Source of the DNA: the human T2T-CHM13v2.0 reference genome, Homo sapiens
Direction: 5' to 3' (one strand)
NCBI RefSeq assembly: GCF_009914755.1
Contig: NC_060926.1
DNA: 64,000 nucleotides
Shown: positions 50,335 through 64,000 of the stretch, in pieces
Numbering within the stretch: the stretch's first letter is position 1
How the letters are laid out: each line of letters opens with the position of its first letter
Translations under genes and position numbers: made by a program
The notes under the pieces: model-generated
Told to the model about the DNA's origin: nothing
Seen by the model: the letters and a program-made list of their open reading frames with translations, nothing else
Databases searched by the model: none

Positions 50335-50767
<433 letters not shown>

Positions 50768-51889
50768 TTACAAGGCGCAGATGCTGACAGTCTAATCAGG
50801 TCTGACAGGAAGTGGGCCACAAATTGGACACTACAAAAAAGAGTCTCTAGTCTTCTGCTTCTGGCCAACAAGAATTAACTGCTCTTGGAATTTCCCTCTC
50901 ACCATCAACACCTAGAAAAACAGACAAAATCTGTGAAACCCTTTTCAGCCATTAGACAACAGACAGCACAAGCCTGTCACCCCTGAGAAAAGGGAATCAA
51001 ATGAGGTGAGCCCTACAATTGCCCCAGATTCTGCCTGGGGCAGTTTCCACTCCACTGTGCTGGGAGGAGGAACTGAGAGTCCAGCAGTCCCTTTGAATTG
51101 AGGAGACAAAGATCCTAGTTCAGTGGCTACAGGATGGTGCTCCTGAGGCAGGAGGGAGCATGAGATCAAGAGGAGACCTCCCTGAATTTTGGCTTATTAT
51201 TATCAGGCTCAGGATGAAATCTGCAAGGCTGGGGAAAGAACCACTAGAAAGCAGTAAGTCAAACACTTCCTGGAGCTCAAACAGGGCTGGGAGTCTATTG
51301 CATAGAGTCCTCAGTGGGGTGTCACTTTAGTAGTGCTGAACTAAAGACTAATGTCGACCTGCCCTAACAGATCTTAAAGAAAGCTTAAAAGGATCAAACT
51401 GATCCTAAGTCATTGAGCCATGTGCCAGAATAAAATCCTATACTCCTCAACAGGAGTATATCAATAATACAACAGAATCCAGAACTCCAAAATACCCAGT
51501 CAAAAATTATCAGGTCTACAAAGAAGTAACATATAACTCACAGTCAGGAGAAAAATAGATCAATAGAAACAGGCACCAGAAATGACAGAATTAGCAGATA
51601 CAAATGTTTAATTATCTATTATGAATATGCTCCTATAATCAAGATTGTTGAGGGGAAAAAAACCTAATGAGAAGTAGAAGGTATTTTTAAAAACTTGTAG
51701 AAATGAAAAATATATCTGAGTTTTTAAAATACACTGAATAGTATTTACAGCAGGTTAGATATTGCAGAAGGAAAGATCAATGAACCTGAAGAGTGAAACA
51801 GAAACAATTCAATATGCATCACAGAGAGAATAAGACTAAAAGAAAAAGAAGAGATCTTCAGCAACCTGCAGAACGATATTAGGGTAATA

Positions 51890-52097
51890 GGATCCACGTA
51901 TCTGGAGTCTGCGAAGGAGGATGGAGAACAGTATCAAGCAGCCTGGGATCCACGTATTTGGAGTCTGTGAAGGAGGATGAAGAACAGTATCAAGCAGCCT
52001 GGGATCCATGTATGTGCAGTCTGCAAAGGAGGATGGAGAACAATATTAAGCAGCCTGGGATCCACGTATTTGGAGTCTGCGAAGGAGGATGGAGATG
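51890..52097. repeat. 56-bp minisatellite, ~3.7 copies, within L1
   Basis: ggatccacgtatctggagtctgcgaaggaggatggagaacagtatcaagcagcctg at 51890, 51946, 52002, 52058. Confidence 0.9.
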
Positions 52098-52703
52098 GGT
52101 GTGGAAAGGAGTGTTATAGAAAAAGTATGTGAAGAAATAATACCCAAACATTTTCCACATTTGATGAAAACTAAAACCCACATTTCCAAGAAAAGCATGA
52201 AGAAAACCATGCAAAGCCATACCATAATCAAATTGCTGAAAACTAATGATAAAAAACCTCAAAAACAGCCAGAGGAAAAAGCCACATTACATACAGGGAA
52301 ACAAGAATGAAACAGACTTCTCGTCAAAAACAATGCAAGCCAGGAGACACTGGAGTAACACCTTCAAAGCACTGAAAGAAAAAACCATCAACCTAGTGTA
52401 CTGTATTACCAGCAAAACTACATTTCAAAAGTTAAGCTGAAATAAAGACTTTTTTACACAAACAAAAATGAAGAGCATTCATCACCAGCATACCTGCATT
52501 ACAAAAAAATGTTAAAGGAAATTATTTAGTCAGAAGCAAAAAAAAACTGGTACCAAGGGAAAATCTGGATCTACACAAAAGAATGAAGAGTGTTAAAAAT
52601 GATAAATATGTGGGTTGAAGACTTTTTAATCCCTTTAAAGAAAAATTTTAAAATAATAAAACTTATATGCAGAAATAAAATAGATGACTCCAATAACATA
52701 AAC

Positions 52704-52926
52704 CAAGCTGTGCAAACTTTTTCTGTAAAGGGCCAGAAAGTAAATACTTTTGGCTTTGTGAGCCATATGGTCTCTATCACAACTCAACTCTACCATTGTA
52801 ATGTGAAAGCAGCCAGCCATAGACAATATGTAAATGAATAGGTATGGCTGTGTTCCAATAAAACTGTACTTTTAAAAATTGATGGCAGGCAAGATTTGGT
52901 CTGTGGGTTATAGTTTACCAACTCCA
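52704..52926 (+). mobile_element. MER58A-like DNA transposon
   Basis: caaactttttctgtaaagggccaga...ggctgtgttccaataaaact...tagtttaccaactcc. Confidence 0.75.
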
Positions 52927-55869
52927 ATGTAAAAGATAAGAAGAAATGGAAGTATAATATTGTAAGGTCCCTATATTACATAAAGTGGTATATACTGTTT
53001 GAAGGTAGGCTGTGTAAGTAAAAGATATACATTGTAAACCCAAAACAAGTGAAAAATAATAATAAAGAATTACAGCTAATAAACCAATTGTGGAGATAGA
53101 AATTGAATCCTAAAAATACTCGATCCAGAAGGCAGGAAGAGAGGAAAAAAAGAAAGAAGTGGGACAAGTAAAAGCCGATAGCAAGATGATAGGTTCAGTC
53201 TAGTCATATTGGTAGTTACATTAAAATGTAAAATGATTAAACATACAAATAAAAGGCAAAGATTGTCAAATTGAATTGAAAAGCAATACCCAACTATATG
53301 CTGTCACAAGAACCCACTCTAAGTATAAAGACACAGGTAATTGTAAAGTAATAGAATGGGTTTCTGGTTCTGAAAAAGATAGAGTAAGCACAGTCTACCC
53401 CTGTCTCTCCCCCACTGAATACAGCTACAATCCTGGACAGAATGCATGGAGTAGCTGTCAGAGGACTCTGAAAAGTAAATAGTAGCAGGTGGATTGGGGA
53501 AGAAGACCAAGCTTCGAAGTACCACCAAACCAGTGGTGAGTTTACCATTTTTTGTTTTTTGCTTTGGTATCCCCCCAGCCAGGACTCAAAGCCACCTCAA
53601 AACCAGAAGTGGGCATCCACACGGACAGAAAGAGTGCTCCAGGAGAAGCCCTCTAGTCCAGCTTAAGAAGCAGGGCTGACAGTGCAGAAGTTGGGGAATC
53701 CTCAAGTGCCCTTAAACTGCGAAGGAAGAAACCTTCCTCTCCAGTTGGAGGTGCTGTGGTTTCAAAGGGGTTGGGTATTGTTTTTCCCTTTCCTGTTGTT
53801 TTTCCCTTTGTCTGTCATCCCATTACTTGGTCCCAGCCATGAATGCCATCATTATAAAAGTGGCAAGGTAGGGAAATAAAAGCCGCAGCGTTTTTGCCAG
53901 AGGACTGAAAAAGGTAGCCCCAGAAAACTGGAAAGTACTGGGGAAACTGGAGGGTGAATCTTGGGACAGCAACTCCATAAAGTTACTTATGAACTCCTGA
54001 GCTCCCCCAAGTTGAAGGAATCTGTGTAATCTGATCTAAATTGTATTGACAATACCATTTATAATAGCTCCTCTCAAATTGAAAGACTTTAGTATAAATC
54101 TACTAAAACATTAGAGAATTTGCATGCTGAAAAACTACAAAGTGCTGATGAAAGAAATCAAGATCAAGTAAATGGACAGACATACCATGTTCATGGATTA
54201 GAAGACTCAACGTAGTAAATATGGCAGTGCTCTCTAAATTGATTTATAGATTTAACATGATTCCAACAGAGGTCTCAGCAGAATCTTTTGTAAATGTAGA
54301 CAAACTGCTTCTAAAATTTATATGGCAAGAAAAAGAATTTAGAAAACCAAAACAATTTTGATGAAGAATAAATTTTGAGGAATCACACTACTGAGTATTA
54401 AGATTTACTGTAAAGCCACAGTGATCAATTCAGTGTGATATTGGCAAAGGGACTGACACATGGATCAATGAAACAGGAGAGGAAATTCAGAATTAAGCCC
54501 AAACAAATATAGCCAATTAATTTTTGAAAAAGATTTAAATCCAATGGAGAAATGATAATCTTTTCAACAAATGGGGTTGAAACAATTAAATATCCTTATA
54601 TGTATAAAAAAAAAACCTCAACTTCAACCTCACACCTTATACAAAGATTAACTCAAAATGGATCATAGACCTAAATGGAAAAACATAAACTATAAGATTT
54701 TTAGAAGAAAACATAGGCAAAAAAAAAAAAAAATTTATGACCTGGTCTTAAGCAAAGTGTTCTTAGATAAGACAGCAAAAGCATGATTCATTAAAAAGAA
54801 AAAGATAAATTAGACTTCATCAAAATTTAAAACTTTTGCTTTGTGAAAGACATGGTTAAAAGAATAAAAAGACAAGCTACAGACCAGGAGAAAACGTTTG
54901 CAAAACTCATACCCAACAAAGGACTTGTGATCAGAATACACCAAGAATTCTCAAATCTCAACTGTGAGAAAACAAACAACCCAATTTTAAAAATGGACAA
55001 AAGACTTGAACGGATACTTGGCCACAAAAGATACATATATGGAGGTGAATAAACGGATGGAAAAATACTCTTGTCATTAATATCAGCCATTAGTGAAATG
55101 CAAATAAAAGCCACTACGAGGAATCACAACAAACTCATTAGAATGCCTAAAAAAAATAATACTGACCTGGTGTAGATACAGAGCAACTGGAACTCTCACA
55201 CATTTTTAGTGGAAATGCAAAATGGTTCAGCCACTCTAAAAACAGTTTGGCAGGTTTTTTATAAGGTTAAGTATATGCTTATAATATGCCCCAGCAATCC
55301 CACTCCTTGTATTAACTCTAAAGAGATGAAAACTTATGTTTACACACAAATCCATATACAGATGTTTATATTATTTCTATTTATAATCACCAAACCCCAA
55401 AACTCAAATACCCTTCACTGGGTGAATGGATAGACAAATTGTGGAACCTCTGTATGGTGGAATACTACTCAGTCATAAAAAGGACCAATTATAGATACAT
55501 ACGACAACTTAGATGGATCTCAGGGGAATTATGCTGAGTGAAAGAAGCCAGTCTCAAAGATTATATCCTGTATGGTTCCACTAAATGGCATTCTTCGTAA
55601 AACAAAACTATAGTGATGCACAAATCAGTAGTTGCCAGGGACTGAGGGGTAACAGGAGCTCTGTGACTCTGAAGAGATAGACCAAAGAAGTCTTTCAGGG
55701 AGATGGAATGTTCTGTATCCTGACTGTGGTGGGGGTTAAACAAATCTATATATGTGTTAAAATTCATAGAGGTGTGGTGAACAAAAGTCAATTTTACTGT
55801 ATACTGATTTACAAAGACACATTTTGAAAGCACGTGAAGAAACTGAACATCTTTTAAAAACCAAAAAGT

Positions 55870-56175
55870 AGCTGGCGTGGTGGCTCACCCCTGTAATCCC
55901 AGCACTTTGGGAGGCCAAGGCAGGCGGATCACGAGGTCAGGAGATCAAGACCATCCTGGCCAACAGAGTGAAACCCCATCTCTACTAAAAATACAAAAAT
56001 TAGCTGGGTGTGGTAGCACGTGCTTATAATCCCAGCTACTCGGGAAGCTGAGGCAGGAGAATCACTTGAACCCCAGGGAGTTGGAGGTTGCAGTGAGCCG
56101 AGATCGCGCCACTGCACTGCACTCCAGCCTGGCAAGAGAGCGAGACTCTGTCAAAAAAAAAAAAAAAAAAAAAAA
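55870..56175 (+). mobile_element. Alu (sense)
   Basis: Alu body plus poly-A; flank aaaaagtag duplicated. Confidence 0.9.
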
Positions 56176-56700
56176 GTAGGTAAACTAATCAAGATAATGC
56201 TGCAGTGGCTATATTAATATCGAATAAATTAAACTTTAGAATGGGGAATACTGCTGGGAATTAGGAGGGACCTTTTATAACGATAGAGGGGTCAATTCAT
56301 CCAGAAGACATAACTCTAGATATACTTGTACCTATTAACACCTATTCACATGAAGCAAAAGCTGACTGAACTGCAAGGAGAAATAGGTCCATAATTATTG
56401 GTGGAGATTTCGACACTCCCCTCTCAGTGGTTCATAGAACATGTACACAGGAAATCAGTAAAGCTAGAGGAGACTTGGGCTTGGCCTACTTGGCATTTAT
56501 AGAGCACTCACGTTATTCTCAAGTGCTCTTGGCCATCATAGGCCATATTGTGAGCCATAAGTAAGGCCCAATACATTGAAAAGGATTGTGTTTTCTGACC
56601 ATAGCAAAATTAAACTAGAGATCAGCAGAAAGATATCTGGAAAATCCCAAATACTTCACTGATAGGGATGCCTGACCAGAAACGTTTGGAGGCCCCTGGC

Positions 56701-57115
56701 CCCTGGGTGGTCTCTCTGGTCCTTCTTGTTCTGTCCATTCCTGGGTGGCTTCTCTGGTGCTTCTTGTTCTATCCAATCCTGGGTGGTCTCTCTGGTGTTT
56801 CTTGTTCTGTCCATTCCCAGGTGGTTTCTCTGGTGCTTCTTGTTCTGTCCAATCCCGGGTGGCTTCTCTGGTGCTTCTTGTTCTGTCCAATCCTGGGTGG
56901 TCTCTCCGGTGCTTCTTGTTCTGTCCAATCCTGGGTGGTCTCTCTGGTGCTTCTTGTTCTGTCCAATCCTGGGTGGTCTCTCTGGTGCTTCTTGTTCTGT
57001 CCAATCCTGGGTGGTCTCTCCGGTGCTTCTTGTTCTGTCCAATCCTGGGTGGTCTCTCCGGTGCTTCTTGTTCTGTCCAATCCTGGGTGGTTTCTCTGGT
57101 GCTTCTTGTTCTGTC
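56701..57115. repeat. 38-bp pyrimidine-rich minisatellite, ~11 copies, ~200 nt upstream of exon 9
   Basis: tcctgggtggtctctctggtgcttcttgttctgtccaa with period 38 from 56701. Confidence 0.97.
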
Positions 57116-57197
57116 GAGGAAGGAGCTGGGAGATGCTAAGCTCCATGGGGTGCAGCGCAGCTACAAATCCATTTCCAGAAATAAGCTTCTGGCTTAA

Positions 57198-57850
<653 letters not shown>

Positions 57851-57916
57851 TAGGTCCAGACTGTCGACCATTGGTTCTACCCCCACCCAGGAGGGACTGG
57901 CCACAAGAGTGCCTGA

Positions 57917-58141
<225 letters not shown>

Positions 58142-58729
58142 TAGCTCGGGGACGAGCCTGCTGGGCCGGGGGCCCGGACAGAAGCCAGGGAGAAAGCGGT
58201 GGATGAGGCAGGCAGAGGCCAGAGTCCCTACTTCCCTTCTGACTCTCGGGAGAGCTGGCACCTGGGGAAGCCTCTCTCAATAGCCTTCCTGTAATATGGG
58301 GCTAGACATCTCCTCTTCCCCAGTGGAGTAAGCTCACAGGGGGAAAAGCACTTCTGCAAGTATACAAACACCATGTGGTATCTTACCTAAGCCCCAACAC
58401 AAGCTATTAAAATATTTAATGCATACATAATTAGGCATGTGTAATGAAATGTATCACTACTATACGTTTGTTAGTGTATAGATGAGATGGTTAATCACTT
58501 GCATCACGTATAGTTATATAGAATAATGATGTGATGCTGGCAGTGATGACAGGAAGGCGTTTCTGTATCACAGCTCAGTCCTGCCTCGTAGAAGACGGAA
58601 GGGTGAATTCTGCTAAAATCGAGAAAAAGAGAAATTCCAGGGAGGGGCCCTAGAGCCCACTCTGAGGAATCAAGATGCCCACAGAGTGTATTTTCAGTGG
58701 CCTTGGTTCCAGACAGGATGTCAGGGTAA

Positions 58730-59047
<318 letters not shown>

Positions 59048-60347
59048 TAGAGCCTTGCCTGATGTGCTGCTCTGTTCTGTGTATTTAGAGGTGAGCACCT
59101 CACTGTTTGGATGGTTCTGATCTGCACCAGTGCCAGGCCTGCTGGTCATTACCTTGCTCTTCTGAAAATAGGCTTCATTGCCTGCTCAGCATTTTTCCAA
59201 ATAGATTTTAGAATCATTATATCAAATTTTATTTTTAAAATTTCCATAGGATTTTGCTCAATCTAATTCAGCATGGAAAATGTCGAATTTTATTACATTT
59301 AGTCGCTTGAGAATAGAAGTGTCCTTCTGTAAGCACACTGCAGGCGTAGCTATCCCCGCCAGGCCCCACCCAGGACTGTCCCTTCTGTGCAGTTTGAAGC
59401 AACAGTCAGGACTCCCATCAGTCACCCCCAGACCTGTTCAGCATCTCAGTGGTCAGTGCCCAGAGGGGGCTGCCTGACCGCAGAGTGACCTGGCACCCTC
59501 TCCAGGGGCTCAGCCCCAGGCACCCCCGCAGCCTGGACTGGTGTGGAGCCTTCCACGGCCCCTCCCCTGCTCTGTTCCTTGTCCCTGAGGGAAAGACCCT
59601 GAAGTCTGAGCCCTGGACCCCGTGGCTCCCCCAACCACTGCAGCAGAGGTAGAACAGGTTTCCAAAGAGAAGACCCCAACTGCTTGGTTCTTTGCAAGCT
59701 CTGACGAGGTCTTTGTCTCTCAACACACTCCTAGGACCACCCTGAGGCCCTTCATGGGCCCTGCCCAGAGCTGACTCTGGCCCTACTCCAGCTCACACCT
59801 GCCAGTGGTATGAAGTCCACTGTACCCAAGGGGGGGGTCCTACCAGAGCCCACATCTCCTCACTAGACCAGACTGCTGGTACCCAGTGTCCCTGCCCCAA
59901 AGGTTCTGTGCCCGCCCCAGGAACTGCACAGCCCTCCCCCAGCATCCCAGCTTCCGTGAGCACACAGGCCACCAATGTGGACACCTCTGACCCCGGAGGG
60001 AGTACGGAAGGGACAAGGATGGCTGTCCTCAGGGGTGGGGCAGCCAGAGCTTGGACCTGCAGCGTGGGATGGCTGGCAGGAGAGGAGCGAGCACAGTGGG
60101 GCAGGCCCCTCCCGCCACTCAGAACACCCAGGGGTCCAAGGATTCGGCACTCCTCACTGGCCCTTTGACAGTGTGATTGTCAAGGTGGCAGGACAGATGT
60201 GCTTGGTTTCGCAGACACCTTTAAATATGTGCTTGCCTCAAGCACAGGCCCGGCCGTCTGAGCTCCTCGGGTTCCAGGAACTGTTAGGACCCAGGGAAAA
60301 TGTGGCAATGTCAATGCAGGTACAGAACACACAGAAATCCAGATTGA

Positions 60348-60923
<576 letters not shown>

Positions 60924-60926
60924 TGA

Positions 60927-62014
<1,088 letters not shown>

Positions 62015-62133
62015 CAAGTGGGGAGCGTGGGATTTCTTGCTAATCCCTGCAGAGCTGGGCAAGGCAGGAATGGGAAGAAGGAAACGTATCACGGCAACCA
62101 GGCCCCAGAAGTCGAGGCACCTTTCCCCGGTGA

Positions 62134-62532
<399 letters not shown>

Positions 62533-63455
62533 TGACCTGGTCCTGCCCCTGCTCCCCTCAGTCTCCTGTCTGTGAATGTGGACCTTGGGGTGACAGTGGT
62601 GATGATCACAGTCAACTTTGCTCTGGGGCATTCACTAAAGGCTTCCCCATCCTCAGAGCAGCCCGGAGCAGGAGGTCAAACACCCAAATACCCACTCTGC
62701 AGATGCAGTAGCTGAGGCCAAGAGGTAGCCCAGGGGCAGAGTCCTAAAGAGCCAGATACGGATTCAGGACCTACCTCTTACTCCTGGCCCCTTGAAGACT
62801 TGTGGAATCAGAACAAGATCCCCCTTCCCCCTGCAGGCATTTGAGGAGTGCTGCTCCAGAGAGCATTGCCACTGAGGTCCCACCCCTGTCTGGCTTGGGA
62901 GCTGGGAGTGCACAGCCTAGAGACAAGGCTCCCTCTGACCGAAGCCCCTGGAGAAGTAGGGCCATTAACACCCTGCAGGTGCATCGCATTATGCCAGAGG
63001 AGTCCAAACTGTCCATCAGAAAGTCTGTGTGATGTGAGCTAGTTTTTACGAAGCAAGGATTTTAAAACAAGCTTAGGAACAGTGGGTGACAGCACCCAGA
63101 TTTGAGTGGGGCACATAAGCCCATCCCTGTCCCCCACATGCCCCGCAAAGCCAAGGCCAACCTGCGTGGTCTCAGGCGAAGGGTTCTGGGAACACCTGGC
63201 TTCAAGCATCCCTCCTTTCCTTCTGGGATTTCAAGCCCCAGGGTGAGCTCCTGACTGTCTTGGAGATGACCCCCCCTCCCAATGCTACTTCCCCACCTAT
63301 ATGTTGCCAGAAGATGAGAAGCCGATATCCTCAGAGAATATGAGCAACCAGCCAGGATATCGAGACACCTGAAAAGTACGATTGCCTCAGAAAACAATAA
63401 TAAAAGTCCAGAAAATATGTATGATCGGAAGCAGAAGTGTAGAAGACAGACTAAC

Positions 63456-63680
63456 ACAGGAGTTCAAGACCAGCAAGGGCAACATAGGGAGACCTCATCT
63501 CTACAAAAAAATTTAAAAACTAGCCCGGCGTGGTGGCACATGCCTGTAGTCCCAGCTACTTGGGAGACTGAGGCAGGAGATCACTTGAACCTGGGAGGTC
63601 AAGGCTGCAGTGAGCCATGAGCCTGCCACTGTACTCCAGCCTGGGTAGCAGAGCAAGACCCCACCTCATACAAAAAAAGA
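63456..63680 (+). mobile_element. 5'-truncated AluJ-like within old L1-like sequence
   Basis: caggagttcaagaccagc...gaggtcaaggctgcagtgagc...A tail. Confidence 0.8.
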
Positions 63681-63934
63681 AAATGGATTAACGGTATAAA
63701 ATAACCGTGACAAATTTACAAAGTAAACATGGCATTGGCCATCCAAAACAGGATCGATAAATTATTTTAAAAACAGTGGGAATAAGCAGATTAAAAACTA
63801 TAATAGTTGAAATAACAGACATAATTTATAAATGGATGCAGATGAAGAGTAAGTTAGTGAGTTGAAAGATCAGCTTGAAGAACTCTTCCAGAAAGAAGCA
63901 GGGAAAGATAAATAAATAAAAAAGAAAATGTTGG

Positions 63935-64000
63935 GGCCAGGTGCTGTGGCTCACGCCTGTAATCCCAGCACTTTGGGAGGCCGAGGCAGGTGGATCACCT
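63935..64000 (+). mobile_element. Alu 5' end (runs off the window)
   Basis: ggccaggtgctgtggctcacgcctgtaatcccagcactttgggagg. Confidence 0.9.

Larger units (their letters stand above)
50850..56660 (+). mobile_element. Nested old L1 (L1M-type) fragments in sense orientation filling intron 8
   Basis: A-rich; ORF1p-like peptides (EEIIPKHFPHL.K, DFSSKTMQARRHWSNTFKALKEK) and ORF2p-like peptides (KRIKRQATDQEKTFA.....KGL..RI..E). Confidence 0.8.

Noticed and set aside
52089-55433. L1 ORF1p/ORF2p-like short ORFs as an active element
   Set aside because: Fragmented, with frameshifts and nested insertions; long inactive.

Overview
This is GC-rich primate DNA, very probably human (Alu/L1-rich), containing the 5' part of SNED1 (sushi, nidogen and EGF-like domains 1) on the + strand. 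The gene has a CpG-island promoter at ~7.2-8.4 kb with octamer, GC-box and TATA-like motifs. Sixteen GT-AG coding exons (7821..62425; 2257 nt, ~752 codons) encode a signal peptide, RGD, a NIDO domain, 11 EGF-like modules and a sushi domain, and the gene continues past the window end. The first 2.3 kb holds what look like the last two exons and polyA signal of an upstream coiled-coil gene, probably CROCC2. Introns carry many Alus, old L1s, MER1B/MER58 DNA transposons, an MLT1-type LTR and at least six minisatellites. The most notable observations are: (1) a VNTR built from the exon-15 3' end plus its 5' splice site, giving 10 extra tandem donors; (2) exon 11 encodes a 5-Cys EGF whose missing sixth Cys, plus Glu and a stop, is spelled by the splice donor itself, with an intronic ATTAAA downstream; (3) a stop-free in-frame intron 7; (4) inverted Alus around an exon 2 that could form an endless circular ORF. 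These are hypotheses from sequence alone. I see no evidence of a wholly new gene system.
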